Source: Myxococcota bacterium
GTDB lineage: Bacteria > Myxococcota_A > UBA796 > SXON01
Length of the DNA stretch: 64,000 bases
Assembly (NCBI GenBank): GCA_040386535.1
Contig: JAZKFH010000024.1
Location: 32,001-96,000 of the forward strand
Direction: 5' to 3'
The translations under genes were made by a program, and so were the position numbers. The notes under the pieces were generated by a model. The model had not been told where the DNA came from and ran no database searches. It was given only the letters and a program-made list of their open reading frames with translations. This document shows, one piece after another, positions 49,845-60,151 of the stretch. Position 1 is the first letter of the stretch. Every line of letters starts with the position of its first letter.

Positions 49845-52415
49845 ATGCCGCTCCTCCCCGTCGTCTTCTTCCTCTCCGGCGCCACCAGCCTCGTCTACCA
49901 GTCGGTCTGGGGCCGCGAGCTGCACCTCGTGTTCGGCACGAGCCAGTTCGCCATCGCGACCGTGCTCGCGGCGTTCATGACGGGGCTCGCCGCCGGCGGC
50001 TGGATCGGCGGGCGGCTCTCCGACCGGGTCGCGCGCCCCCTGCGGGCCTACGGATTGCTCGAGGCGACGATCGGCGCTTACGCGCTGATCTTCCCGAGCG
50101 TCGTCCGAATCCTCGAGCCCATCTACCTCAACTTCTGGCACGCCACCGATCCGAGCCCGCTCGCGTTCGGGAGCTTCCAGTTCCTGCTGCTCGGGCCCGG
50201 CCTGCTCATCCCCACCGCCTGCATGGGCGCCACGCTGCCCCTGCTCGTCCGCCACGTGGCGCCGAAGCCGGGCGAGGCGGGCGCGGTCGTCGGGCGGCTC
50301 TACGGCATCAACACGGCGGGCGCGGTGGTCGGCGTCGCGGTGGCAGGCTTCTGGCTGCTGCCGGACCTCGGCGTACGCGACACGACGTTGCTCGTGGCCT
50401 GCGGAAACTTCCTCCTCTGCGGGATCGCCTTCTGGATGGACCGCGGCACCGCGGCCCTCCCCCCGATCCCCGCGACCAAGGCCGTCCCCCTCCCCGCCGC
50501 CGTCCTCGTCGTCGCGGCGCTCGCCGGCATGTCGAGCCTCGCCATGGAGGTGGCCTGGTTCCGCCTCCTCACCCTCATCCTCGGTGCGAGCACCTACGCG
50601 TTCTCCGTGATGCTCCTGGCGTTCCTCGCGGGCATCGCCCTCGGCGGGCGCGTCGGCGGGCCCATCGCCGATCGGGCGAAGGATGCCCGCACCGCGCTCC
50701 TCGGACTCGCGACGCTCCAGGTCGGCGTCGCGTTGCTCTCCTACCTCGCGATGTTCGCCTACGGCGAGCTTCCCGTCGCGTTCGTGAAGGCGTTCTTCTG
50801 GATGGAGACGCTCAACGAGGAGCTCACCTACGTCTTCGGCACCGATGTCTCGCTGCTCTGGCCGATGAAGTGCCTGCTCGCCTTCCTCGTCATGGCGCCG
50901 CCCGCCGTGCTCATGGGCGCCACGTTCCCGTTCCTCGTGCGCGCCGTCCTGGCCGTGAACGAGGGAGACGCCGCGCGGCCCGTCGGCGGCGTGTACGCGG
51001 CCAACACGGTCGGCGCGATCGTGGGCGCGTTCGGCGGCGGTTTCGTGCTCCTCCCGATGCTCTACGTCACCGGCACGGTGTTGTTCTGCTCGACGCTCAA
51101 CCTCGTCGGCGCGGCCGTGGCCGTCGCTGCCGCCGGAGAGCGTCGCCGGCTGGTGGTCGGTGGCGTGCTGGCCGCCGGCCTGGTCGGGGTGGCGTGGACC
51201 TTCCCGCCGCCCTGGAACCCGATGCTCATGTCGTCGGGCGTCTACAAGTACGTCGACAACCTCGACGAGCCGACCTTTGCCGAGATCAAGAAGCGCTTCC
51301 TCGATCGGTACGAGCTGCTCTACTACAAGGAGGGGCTCTCCACCGTCATCACCGTCGCGCACAACAAGACGACGGGCAACGTGTGGCTCGCCAACAACGG
51401 CAAGATCGACGCGAGCACCACGTCGGACATGCCGACGCAGGTCCTCGTGGCGCACACCGGGTTCCTCTTCACGGGGGACCGCGCCCGCAACACTGCCCTC
51501 ATCGGCCTCGCCAGCGGCATCACCCTCGGCGCGATGACGCTGCACCCCGAGCTCGAGAACATCGACGTCATCGAGCTCGAGCCCGCCATGGAGGAGGCCA
51601 CGCAGTTCTTTGCCGCGTGGAACCACGACGCGCTCGCGGACGACCGCGTGAACGTGATCAAGAACGACGGCCGCAACCAGCTCCTGCTCACGCCGCCCGG
51701 CACCTACGATCTCATCGTGGCCGAGCCCTCCAACCCGTGGCTCACCGGCGTGTCGAACCTGTTCACGCGGGAGTTCTTCGAGATGGGGAAGGCGCGGCTC
51801 GCGCCCGGCGGCATCTGGAGCCAGTGGGTGCAGATGTACGGGATGGACGAGCGCGATCTGCAATCCATCATGCGGACGTTCGCGACGGTGTACCCCCACG
51901 TGCTCGTGTTCTCGACGATCGAGGACGCGGATCTAGTGATGATCGGCAGCGATCGCCCGCTCGACTTCGATCTCGCCGCCGCCCACGCGCTCGCCTCGAA
52001 GAACCCCGCCGTGACCGCCGAGCTCACGTCCGTGGGCGTGGCGGACGGCTACGATCTGCTCTGCCACTTCCTCTTCGACCGCGACACCGTCATGTGGCGC
52101 ACCACCGGCATCCCGCTCAACACCGACGACAACCTGCTCGTCGAGTACTCCGCGCCGAAGAACCTGCACGTCGAGACGTCGACCGACAACTTCCGCATGT
52201 TGCGCAAGTGGATGGCGCGCCCGTCGATCGAGCTGGCGGAGCGGCTGGCGACGGTCGAGGATCTCGAGGAGCTCGCGCTCGCCTACAGCGACCGCGACGA
52301 CCTCGTGCGGGCCATGGTGGCCCTCCAGGAGGCCGCGCGGCGGGACCCCCGCCGTGCCGCGACCGCCGCGCTCATCGACGACGTGCGGCGGCGCTGGAAC
52401 GAGACGCCGCGGTAG
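49845..52415 (+). CDS. Fused multi-TM (MFS-like)/spermidine synthase-like protein
   Basis: Duplicated TM module (FLSGATSLVYQ, MGATLP, LYGINTAGA) followed by IGLASGITL, IELEP, NDGRN, YDLIVAEPSNPW, NTDDN. Confidence 0.9.
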   Translation: MPLLPVVFFLSGATSLVYQSVWGRELHLVFGTSQFAIATVLAAFMTGLAAGGWIGGRLSDRVARPLRAYGLLEATIGAYALIFPSVVRILEPIYLNFWHATDPSPLAFGSFQFLLLGPGLLIPTACMGATLPLLVRHVAPKPGEAGAVVGRLYGINTAGAVVGVAVAGFWLLPDLGVRDTTLLVACGNFLLCGIAFWMDRGTAALPPIPATKAVPLPAAVLVVAALAGMSSLAMEVAWFRLLTLILGASTYAFSVMLLAFLAGIALGGRVGGPIADRAKDARTALLGLATLQVGVALLSYLAMFAYGELPVAFVKAFFWMETLNEELTYVFGTDVSLLWPMKCLLAFLVMAPPAVLMGATFPFLVRAVLAVNEGDAARPVGGVYAANTVGAIVGAFGGGFVLLPMLYVTGTVLFCSTLNLVGAAVAVAAAGERRRLVVGGVLAAGLVGVAWTFPPPWNPMLMSSGVYKYVDNLDEPTFAEIKKRFLDRYELLYYKEGLSTVITVAHNKTTGNVWLANNGKIDASTTSDMPTQVLVAHTGFLFTGDRARNTALIGLASGITLGAMTLHPELENIDVIELEPAMEEATQFFAAWNHDALADDRVNVIKNDGRNQLLLTPPGTYDLIVAEPSNPWLTGVSNLFTREFFEMGKARLAPGGIWSQWVQMYGMDERDLQSIMRTFATVYPHVLVFSTIEDADLVMIGSDRPLDFDLAAAHALASKNPAVTAELTSVGVADGYDLLCHFLFDRDTVMWRTTGIPLNTDDNLLVEYSAPKNLHVETSTDNFRMLRKWMARPSIELAERLATVEDLEELALAYSDRDDLVRAMVALQEAARRDPRRAATAALIDDVRRRWNETPR

Positions 52416-52437
52416 CGCGACTCCGCGGGACGGGTCG

Positions 52438-53079
52438 CTACTTCTCCATCTTGAGCAGCCGGCGCAGCGCCTTCTTCACCAACGCGCGCACGCCGGTCTC
52501 AGGGGGCGGCGGGGGCGGCGGGGCGCGCTTGGCGGCGGCCGGGCGCGGAGCCGGCGCGGGCTTGGGCTCGCGGGCGCCGTGATCGTGGGAGTGGCCGTGG
52601 GAATGGCCGTGGTCTTCCGCGGGGGCGGGGGCCGCGGGCGCGGCGGCGGGGGCGACGGGCGCGGGAACAGGCTTCGGGGCGGCGACTGGAGCCGGCGCGG
52701 CCCGCGCGCCACCGTGATCGTGGGCGTGCCCGTGGTCGTGATCGTGGGAGTGGCCGGGGTCCTCGACGGGAGCGGTGACGGGGACGGGCGCCTCGACCGC
52801 TTCAGCCACCTCGCTCTCGCCCTTCTTCTTCCCCCGCCCCTTCTCCTTCCCCGCGGCCTCCGCCGCCGCCTTGCCCTCGGCGGTCAAGGTGAAGATCGTG
52901 CCGTCCCACGTCACGAGCCCGTCCGACGTGAGGCCCTCCATCAGCTGGCTGAAGGCCTGGTGCGCGGCGAGGAGCTTCAGCCCGCTCCAGTCGTGAAGCG
53001 GCCCGATCGCCATGACCCCACCTTCCTGGTGGAGGTAGACGAGGAGCTTCTTGCGGCGGGTCTCGTTGATGTCGGCCAT
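52438..53079 (-). CDS. Hypothetical protein: winged-helix-like N-terminus, His- and Pro/Ala-rich tail
   Basis: GLVTWDGTIFTLTAEG wing-like segment; HSHDHDHGHAHDH and HGHSHGHSHDH tracts. Confidence 0.7.
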   Translation of the reverse strand: MADINETRRKKLLVYLHQEGGVMAIGPLHDWSGLKLLAAHQAFSQLMEGLTSDGLVTWDGTIFTLTAEGKAAAEAAGKEKGRGKKKGESEVAEAVEAPVPVTAPVEDPGHSHDHDHGHAHDHGGARAAPAPVAAPKPVPAPVAPAAAPAAPAPAEDHGHSHGHSHDHGAREPKPAPAPRPAAAKRAPPPPPPPETGVRALVKKALRRLLKMEK

Positions 53080-53142
53080 GCGCGGTTCCTGGGATCGCCG
53101 CCGCCTAACATCGGCCCTGGCGATCGGGGGAGCTGGCCGTCG

Positions 53143-53919
53143 CTACTCGTTCTCGACCGGGGGCGGCTTGCCCTCCGCGCGCGCCCGGGCCCGCGCCTTC
53201 CTTCGGCGCGGCCACGTGAAGATGGCCTCGATGGGGCCGCTCGCCACGTGCGTGACGCCGAGCAGGACGAGCACGGTCGAGATGTCGTACACCGCGCCGA
53301 TCGCGAGGCACACGCCGGCGAGGACGACGAACGTCGCCATCACCTTGGGCGACATCTTGAACGTCTTCATCGTGCGGAACGGGATCGACGACACCTCGAG
53401 GAACGCGACGGCGAGCACGAACAGGACGATGCCCGTCGGGTCGGTCGGCCCGGGCAGGCCCGAACCCGAGTGCCACATGACGAGCGAGGAGACCGTGCCG
53501 CCGCCCATCGTGATGGTGAGGCCCTGGCTCCACCGGTGGGCCTTGCCGTCGGCGGTGACGTTGAACCGCGCGAGGCGGAAGGCGCCGCCGAGCATCAGCG
53601 CACCCGCGACGAAAACGCCGAACGGGCCGTAGGGGGCGAGGCCCCAGAAGTAGACGAGGCACGCCGGGGCCACGCCGAAGCTGATGATGTCGACCAGCGA
53701 GTCGAGCTGCACGCCGAAGGCGGTGCCCGTGCCGGTCATGCGCGCGACCCGCCCGTCGAGCATGTCGAACAGCCCGGCGAAGAAGATCATCAAGCCGGCT
53801 TTGTAGTAGGACGCCGCGTCCCCCTGGGCCTGGCCCGCGAGGAGGATGGCGTAGAACCCACAAAACAAGCTGGCCGAGGTGAACCAGTTCGGCGGGTTCA
53901 GGAACTGCTTGAGCATCAT
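53143..53919 (-). CDS. pssA: CDP-diacylglycerol-serine O-phosphatidyltransferase (CDP-alcohol phosphotransferase)
   Basis: Start [46 protein letters not shown]. Confidence 0.88.
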   Translation of the reverse strand: MMLKQFLNPPNWFTSASLFCGFYAILLAGQAQGDAASYYKAGLMIFFAGLFDMLDGRVARMTGTGTAFGVQLDSLVDIISFGVAPACLVYFWGLAPYGPFGVFVAGALMLGGAFRLARFNVTADGKAHRWSQGLTITMGGGTVSSLVMWHSGSGLPGPTDPTGIVLFVLAVAFLEVSSIPFRTMKTFKMSPKVMATFVVLAGVCLAIGAVYDISTVLVLLGVTHVASGPIEAIFTWPRRRKARARARAEGKPPPVENE

Positions 53920-55004
53920 GCGGAGGGGGACTCCAGGAGCGCTGAGTGCAGGCTCCTCTCCAGCCCCGCCGCGCGCGCGGGGGCGACCTCGAAGACTACC
54001 GCATCCGTCGCCGCGTGCCACCGGGTGGCGTCGGGTCCGGCGGCGTTCAGGATGCGCGCGAGGACCCCGGGATCGGTGCCGGCGCGCGCGCCGATCACGG
54101 CGACCGTGGCCGCGTTCACGAGCCCCGGGAGATCCGCGTGGAGGTTGCGCCGATCGAGGAGGAGCCCCTCGGGCCCGGCGGCGCGGATGCACGGAGTGGG
54201 CAGCGACGGGAGCAGCGCGAGCGGCCCCCGCGCGAGCTGCGTGTCGGCCGTGATGGCGAGGATCCGCGCGGGCGCCGTACCGGGGTGGATGCGGGTGCCG
54301 CCGGTCTCCGCGAACGTGGCGCTCGCGCGCATCGTGATGCCCTCCCGGTGGGCCCAGGCCACCGCCTCTTCGTAGAGCACCTTGGCGCCGTTCTGGGCGA
54401 GCGCGAGGGCCTCGTCGAGGGTCATCGCGTCGAGCCGGACGGCCGCGGGGACCGCGCGCGGGTCGGCGCTGTAGACACCGTCGACATCGCTGCAGATCTC
54501 GCACTCGTCGGCCCTAAGCGCGGCCGCGAGCACGACGGCCGTGGTGTCGCTTCCGCCGCGCCCGAGCGTCGTGACCTCCCGCTCGCGGCTCACCCCCTGG
54601 AACCCGGCGACGATGGCGACCTCCCCCCGCGCGACGGCCTCGCGGACCCGATCGGGGCGCACCTCGACCACGCGCGCGTTGGCGTGGCTGGTGTCGGTGA
54701 TGATGCCGCTCTGGCTGCCCGTGAAGGAGCGCGCGGGCACGCCCAGCTCCTGCAGCGCCATCGCGAGGAGCGCCATGCTGACCCGCTCGCCGACGCTGAT
54801 GAGCATGTCCAGCTCACGACGCCCCGGCGACTGGGTCACCTCCCGGGCGAGCGCGAGCAGCTCGTTGGTGGTGTTCCCCATCGCGGAGACGACGACCACG
54901 ACGCTGTCGCCCCGCGCGCGCGCTCGCGCCACGCGGGCGGCCACCTTGCGGAGCCGCGCTACGTCGCTGACCGACGAGCCGCCGTACTTCTGCACGAGCA
55001 ACAT
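53916..55004 (-). CDS. lysC: Aspartate kinase
   Basis: [43 protein letters not shown]-terminal regulatory part short and divergent. Confidence 0.92.
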   Translation of the reverse strand: MLLVQKYGGSSVSDVARLRKVAARVARARARGDSVVVVVSAMGNTTNELLALAREVTQSPGRRELDMLISVGERVSMALLAMALQELGVPARSFTGSQSGIITDTSHANARVVEVRPDRVREAVARGEVAIVAGFQGVSREREVTTLGRGGSDTTAVVLAAALRADECEICSDVDGVYSADPRAVPAAVRLDAMTLDEALALAQNGAKVLYEEAVAWAHREGITMRASATFAETGGTRIHPGTAPARILAITADTQLARGPLALLPSLPTPCIRAAGPEGLLLDRRNLHADLPGLVNAATVAVIGARAGTDPGVLARILNAAGPDATRWHAATDAVVFEVAPARAAGLERSLHSALLESPSA

Positions 55005-55030
55005 GGGCTAGCGCATCTCACACATCGAAG

Positions 55031-55858
55031 TCATCGAATCTCGAAGCTGTCGACATAGATCACGTTCCCGCCCCGGTCCGGCGAGAGGAGCCCGGTGAGG
55101 TCCTCGATCTCGAGGAGGCGCACGCGATCGTCCGGCCGGAGCGCGCTCCCCGCGCCGCCGCGGGCGCCGTCCGTCGAGCGGAACGCGCTCGCCGGCATCA
55201 CGACGTCGAGCCACTCGCCGGTGGGGACCTGGAGCACCGGTGCGCTGTAGCGCCCGCCCGCGCCGTCGCTGAAGGTCACGCGGAGCTCGGCGGGGAAGGC
55301 ATGAGCCCGCACCTGGAAGCTGATGCGCGTCACCGCGCGGTCCACCTCGAGCGCCGCCGCGATGTGGTCGGGCTCTCCCGTCAGGACGGTGGTGCCCCAC
55401 GCGAGCACCGGCCGCCCCTGGATGTTCCGCGCCTCCATCGCGCCCTTCTCGGCCTGGTCCCAGGCGCGCACGAAGGCGCCGATGCCGCTCTCGAACCCGA
55501 ACGTGACCGGGAGCGCGGTGATCGCGCGCGACTTGAGCTCGATGCGCGCGAGGAGGGCCCCGGCGCGGGGGCGCACGGACTCGTCCCGCATCGCGGTGCG
55601 GAGCGCGGTCACGGCCGCTCCCGTGTCCCCGAGGCCGTACCGCGCGCGGCCCAGCCAGTACCAGGCAGTGCCGTACAGCGGATCATCCGCGGTCAGGTCG
55701 GAGACGACCTCCTCGTAGTAGAGCGCCGCGACCTCGGGCGTGCCGTCCGCCGCCTCGACGAGACGGGCGTCGTAGAGGGTCTCCCATGCGCGCACCGGGT
55801 CCTCCGCCCGCGCGCCCTGGTGGGCGGCGAGGAGCGCGGTGACGAGCGGGAGGATCAC
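55031..55858 (-). CDS. Exported TPR protein with a C-terminal beta-sandwich-like domain
   Basis: GTG start (MILPLVTALL) coupled to the response-regulator stop; AWYWLGRARYGLG TPR; GEW...P.SAF, IYVDSFEIR. Confidence 0.65.
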   Translation of the reverse strand: MILPLVTALLAAHQGARAEDPVRAWETLYDARLVEAADGTPEVAALYYEEVVSDLTADDPLYGTAWYWLGRARYGLGDTGAAVTALRTAMRDESVRPRAGALLARIELKSRAITALPVTFGFESGIGAFVRAWDQAEKGAMEARNIQGRPVLAWGTTVLTGEPDHIAAALEVDRAVTRISFQVRAHAFPAELRVTFSDGAGGRYSAPVLQVPTGEWLDVVMPASAFRSTDGARGGAGSALRPDDRVRLLEIEDLTGLLSPDRGGNVIYVDSFEIR

Positions 55859-56556
55859 CCCTCCTCCCCGACGAACTTGTACCCGATGCCGTGGTAGGTC
55901 TCGATGAAGCGGGGCGCGCCCGCGTCGTCCCGGAGCTTCTTGCGCACGTTGAGGATGTGCGTGTCGACCGTGCGCGTCGTGACGCCCGCGCTGTACTTCC
56001 AGATGCTGGCGAGCAGCTCTTCGCGGCCGAGCACCTTGCCGCGGTGCTCGATGAGGTAGCGCAGGAGCTCCTGCTCGCGGTTGGAGAGGCGCTCGACCTC
56101 TTCCCCGTGGCGGATCAGGTAGTTGTCGAGGTCGACCTCGACGTCGGCGTAGCGGTACACGCTCTTGCCGCCGCCCGCGCGCTTGAGGACCGCGTTCACC
56201 CGCGCGCGCAGCTCGAGCAGCGAGAACGGCTTGGTGATGTAGTCGTCGGCGCCGAGATCGAACGCGAGCAGCTTGTCGTGCTCCAGGGTGCGCGCCGTCA
56301 GCAGGATGACGGGCCCGGCGAAGCCGGTGCGGCGCAGCTCGGAGAGGATCTGGAACCCGTCGAGCCCGCCGGGGCCCTCCGGGCCCTCGTGCAACATCAC
56401 GTCGAGCACCGCGATGTCGACCTTGTGGCGGCTCGCGATCTCCAGCCCGGCGCGCCCGCCGCGGGCGTGGAACACCTCGAAACCCTCCCGGGTGAAGAAG
56501 GCCACGAGCGAAGAGAGGAGATCTTCCTCGTCTTCGCAGAACAGGATTCGGGCCAT
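55855..56556 (-). CDS. OmpR/PhoB-family response regulator
   Basis: CEDE, LDVM, GADDYITKPF, TRTVDTHILNVRKKL, GIGYKF. Confidence 0.95.
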   Translation of the reverse strand: MARILFCEDEEDLLSSLVAFFTREGFEVFHARGGRAGLEIASRHKVDIAVLDVMLHEGPEGPGGLDGFQILSELRRTGFAGPVILLTARTLEHDKLLAFDLGADDYITKPFSLLELRARVNAVLKRAGGGKSVYRYADVEVDLDNYLIRHGEEVERLSNREQELLRYLIEHRGKVLGREELLASIWKYSAGVTTRTVDTHILNVRKKLRDDAGAPRFIETYHGIGYKFVGEEG

Positions 56557-56568
56557 CGGTGGGGGCTC

Positions 56569-58662
56569 CTAGGCGTTCGGGCCGGGCGGACGGAGGGGGA
56601 AGTGCAACGTGAAGGTGGACCCGCGGCCGGTGGCGGAGCGGACGCTCACGCGCCCCCCGTGGGCTTCCATGATGTATTTCACGATGGTCAACCCGATGCC
56701 AGTACCCTTCTTTCGACGGGCCTGCGGATCGGTGGAGCGGTAGTACTGTTCGAAGATCTGGCGCTGCTCCTCGGCGGCGATGCCGATGCCGCCGTCGGAG
56801 ACGGCGACGAGCACGCCGCCGTCGGTGGAGGAGCCCGGTTCGGCGGCGGACACGTCCACCTTTATCCAGCCGGCCTCCTGCCCGTACTTCGCCGCGTTGG
56901 ACAAGAGGTTGGTCAGGACCTGGCTCACCGCGTCCGCGTCGTGCCAGACCACCGGTAGATCCTCGGGAAGCGTGAGCTGGATGTCCATCCCGCGGGTCTC
57001 CATCGCGACCATCGCGGCCTCGACCATGCGGGCGCACGTGGCGCCGAGATCACCGGGGCGGAAGGTGTAGGTCTTCCGCCCGCGCTCGATCGCCGCGAAG
57101 TCGAGCACGTTGTCGACCAGCCGAGAGAGCCGCTCCGCCTCGCGGACGATGACGTCGTAGTGTTTTTCGCGCGCCGCCTCGTCTGGCGCGAGGCCGAGCT
57201 GGAGCGCCTCGGCCTTGAGCCGGATCTGGGTGATGGGGGAGCGGAGCTCGTGGGACACGTTCGCGGCGAAGTCGGACTTGTCCCGCGCGACCTCGAGCTC
57301 GCGTTGCACCAGCCGCGCCGACAAGACCGTCCCCACCGAGATCATCGCGACCGAGAGCAGGATGATCCCGATGCCGCGCTGGCGCTCCTCGGCCTGGCGG
57401 CGCTGAAGCGTCACGGCGTCCCGGGGGTAGACCCCGAGCGACCAGCTCGGGAACCACGGCGCGAGGCTGCGGCGGGCCAGCGGCGTGTCGCGACCGGGGT
57501 CGTCCGGCCCGCGGATGACCGCGATGACGTCGCTCTCGGGGCCCGCCGCCCGCGCCGCCAGCTCGCTGATCTGGACCATCACCGCGTCCAGGTCGAGCCC
57601 GAGGACGTACTGGTCCTCCGCGGTCCACGTGGTGGCCCAGAGCGCGTCTTCCGTGCGGCTGTAGGAGAACGAGCCCGCCGCCATGGGAAGCAGGCGGCCC
57701 TTGGCGCCCAGCGTCTCGAGCTCGGGAAGCAGGCGCTCAGCCCAGAACAGCTGGCTGGCGCGATCCTCGAGGCGCCCGCGCGCGCGCCCGAGCCACTCGG
57801 GGTTCGCGCGGCCGGCGATCAGATCGATGCCGCGGCGCGCGACGGCGGCCTCGCCTCCGCGCCCGATGATCCAGGGCTCCGCGAGCAACATCTCGACGTG
57901 CTCGCGCACGGCGGCCTCTCCGGCGACAGGATCGCGGGCGAGGCGCAGCTCCCCGAGCTTGAGCCGCGCGAGGTCGCCGAGGCGGAACCCGTAGGCGTCG
58001 CGCACGGCGGCGTACCCGGACCCGACCTCGGTGAAGAGCTGCTCGGCCAGGAACAGCTCCCCGGCGCGTTGCGCCGCGTTGGCGCGGGCGTAGATGGCCT
58101 GGCCCTTGAGCTCGGGGGCCCGGGCCTCGCGGGCGGCCTGCGCGAAGAGCACGGCGGCGCGCGGGTAGTCCTGCTGGCGCTCGGCTCGGAGCGCGGCCTG
58201 CCACGGCGCGAAGAAGAACAGCTCCTGGTCCTCGAGCGAGTCCTCCGCGTCCGGCGAGCGCGGGAAGACCAGCGCGCCCTCGCTGTCGTAGCGGAACACG
58301 ACGCGGAGGGAGTCGGAGATCTCGCGCAGGCCGGACGTGAGCGACTGGCCCGTCTTGAGGCGGTTGAGCGTGCCGTCCTCGAAGCCCTGGAAGAGGGCCT
58401 CGACCCCGACCTGGAAGTTGTCGGCGGCGCCGGTCGCGACACGCTCGACCTCGGCGGCCCCGGCGCGCTGCTGCGCGCGGATGCCCGCGAGGCCGTAGTA
58501 CGCGAGGAACAGGCCGGGGAGCACGATCGTGGCCGCGAAGACGCCGACGAAGGTGAAGACGCCGCGCAGGTGGTACAGGTCGACCTTGGCGCGCACGTCC
58601 CCCCGGCGCGCCGCGAGGACACGACGCAGGAGGCGCAACGGGCCGAGGCTCTTGTCGTCCAC
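56569..58662 (-). CDS. Sensor histidine kinase (2 TM, large helical periplasmic domain)
   Basis: VSHELRSP H-box, NLLSNAAKY, DGGIGI, GTGIGL, GRGSTF. Confidence 0.95.
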   Translation of the reverse strand: MDDKSLGPLRLLRRVLAARRGDVRAKVDLYHLRGVFTFVGVFAATIVLPGLFLAYYGLAGIRAQQRAGAAEVERVATGAADNFQVGVEALFQGFEDGTLNRLKTGQSLTSGLREISDSLRVVFRYDSEGALVFPRSPDAEDSLEDQELFFFAPWQAALRAERQQDYPRAAVLFAQAAREARAPELKGQAIYARANAAQRAGELFLAEQLFTEVGSGYAAVRDAYGFRLGDLARLKLGELRLARDPVAGEAAVREHVEMLLAEPWIIGRGGEAAVARRGIDLIAGRANPEWLGRARGRLEDRASQLFWAERLLPELETLGAKGRLLPMAAGSFSYSRTEDALWATTWTAEDQYVLGLDLDAVMVQISELAARAAGPESDVIAVIRGPDDPGRDTPLARRSLAPWFPSWSLGVYPRDAVTLQRRQAEERQRGIGIILLSVAMISVGTVLSARLVQRELEVARDKSDFAANVSHELRSPITQIRLKAEALQLGLAPDEAAREKHYDVIVREAERLSRLVDNVLDFAAIERGRKTYTFRPGDLGATCARMVEAAMVAMETRGMDIQLTLPEDLPVVWHDADAVSQVLTNLLSNAAKYGQEAGWIKVDVSAAEPGSSTDGGVLVAVSDGGIGIAAEEQRQIFEQYYRSTDPQARRKKGTGIGLTIVKYIMEAHGGRVSVRSATGRGSTFTLHFPLRPPGPNA

Positions 58663-58769
58663 GGCGGCATGCTACCCGTGTACGGAGTGGAGGGCACGCG
58701 CACCGGGCGATCGGCGCTCCACCGCGTCGAATCCCGAAACGTGGGCCCAGACCGGGATAATGGGCGCAG

Positions 58770-59051
58770 ATGCCCGCGTACCTCCCGCTGATCGTCTCCT
58801 TCGTCGTCGGGCTCTTTGCCCTCCAGATCACCGGCAGCCCGCGGATCGCGCAGGCCGCGGGGCTGTTCGCCCTCTCGGCCACCGTGGTGTTCACCGGGAG
58901 CATCCGCCTCTCCGGGCTCGTGTTCGACGGCAACGCGGCGCGGATCGCCGGTATCGGCATCGGCGTCCTCGGCATCCTTCGCCTCTACATCGACCACGAG
59001 TTCGAACAGCGGCTGGACGGCGCGGCGCACGCGGACACCGCGGCGCCGTGA
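58770..59051 (+). CDS. Small membrane protein (about 3 TM segments)
   Basis: Hydrophobic 93-aa frame with GC3 bias. Confidence 0.6.
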   Translation: MPAYLPLIVSFVVGLFALQITGSPRIAQAAGLFALSATVVFTGSIRLSGLVFDGNAARIAGIGIGVLGILRLYIDHEFEQRLDGAAHADTAAP

Positions 59052-59113
59052 CGCGCGCGCGGCATGCCCGGTCGCCCCCCCGGTGTTAGCCCGGGCGCCA
59101 TTCCGGATCTCCC

Positions 59114-60151
59114 GTGTCGCCCCGCACCGGCATCGTCATCGAGCACCACGGCGGCCCCGAGGCCCTGAGTTTCCGCGCGCTCCCGCCCCTGGTGCCCGCC
59201 GCCGATCACGTCCGCGTGCGGGTCACCCACGTGGCCCTGAACCACCTGGACCTCTGGGTGCGCAAGGGCGTGCCGGGCCATGACTTCCACCTGCCGCGCA
59301 TCCCCGGGAGCGACGTGGCGGGCGTGCTCCTCGACCCCGCGGTCACCCCCGGCGGCGCGCTCCCCGTCGGGACCGCGGTGGTGCTCCACCCGAGCTGGGG
59401 CTGCGGCGTCTGCGCGGCGTGCCTCGACGGGCGGCAGGATCGCTGCCGGGCGTTCCGCATCCGGGGCGAGAACACCGATGGGGGCTGCGTCACCGAGGTG
59501 GCCGTGCCCCCGTGGCAGGTGCTCCCGATACCGGCGCACCTCGCACCCTACGAGGCCGTCGCGTTGCCGCTCACGCTCCTGACCGCGTGGCACATGCTGG
59601 TGACCCGCGCGCGCCTCGCCCGCGGAGAGCGCGTGCTGGTGCAGGCCGGCGGGAGCGGCGTCGGCGTGATGGCTGTCCAGATCGCGAAGCTCTACGGCTG
59701 CGAGGTGCACGCCACGGCCTCGACCCCCGAGCGGCGTGCCCGCCTCGAGGCGCTGGGCGCGCGCGCCTGGCCGTACGACGCCATCGGCGTCCGCGATGTG
59801 GACGTGGTGGTCGAGAGCGTCGGCGAGGCCACCTGGTCCGCCTCGGTGCGCGCGCTCGCGTGGGGCGGCCGCCTCGTGTGTTGTGGGGCCACGGCGGGGC
59901 CCGACGTGCGCCTCAACCTCCGCGCCGTGTTCTTCAAGCAGCTCGAGATCATCGGCGCGACGATGGGCTCCACCGGCGAGCTCCTGCGCGCCTGGCAGGA
60001 GGTCGTGAACGGCACCGTCCGGCCTGTCGTCGACCGCGTCCTCCCCCTCTCCCGCCTCGCCGACGCCCACACGCTCCTCGAGGCGCGCGGCGCCTTCGGA
60101 AAGATCGTGCTGGAGCAGGACCTCTCCACCGTCCGTCCGGAGTCCTCGTGA
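59114..60151 (+). CDS. Zinc-binding alcohol dehydrogenase/quinone oxidoreductase (MDR family)
   Basis: ALNHLDLW, PGSDVAG, CGVCAAC...C structural Zn site, AGGSGVG, FGKIVL. Confidence 0.9.
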   Translation: MSPRTGIVIEHHGGPEALSFRALPPLVPAADHVRVRVTHVALNHLDLWVRKGVPGHDFHLPRIPGSDVAGVLLDPAVTPGGALPVGTAVVLHPSWGCGVCAACLDGRQDRCRAFRIRGENTDGGCVTEVAVPPWQVLPIPAHLAPYEAVALPLTLLTAWHMLVTRARLARGERVLVQAGGSGVGVMAVQIAKLYGCEVHATASTPERRARLEALGARAWPYDAIGVRDVDVVVESVGEATWSASVRALAWGGRLVCCGATAGPDVRLNLRAVFFKQLEIIGATMGSTGELLRAWQEVVNGTVRPVVDRVLPLSRLADAHTLLEARGAFGKIVLEQDLSTVRPESS

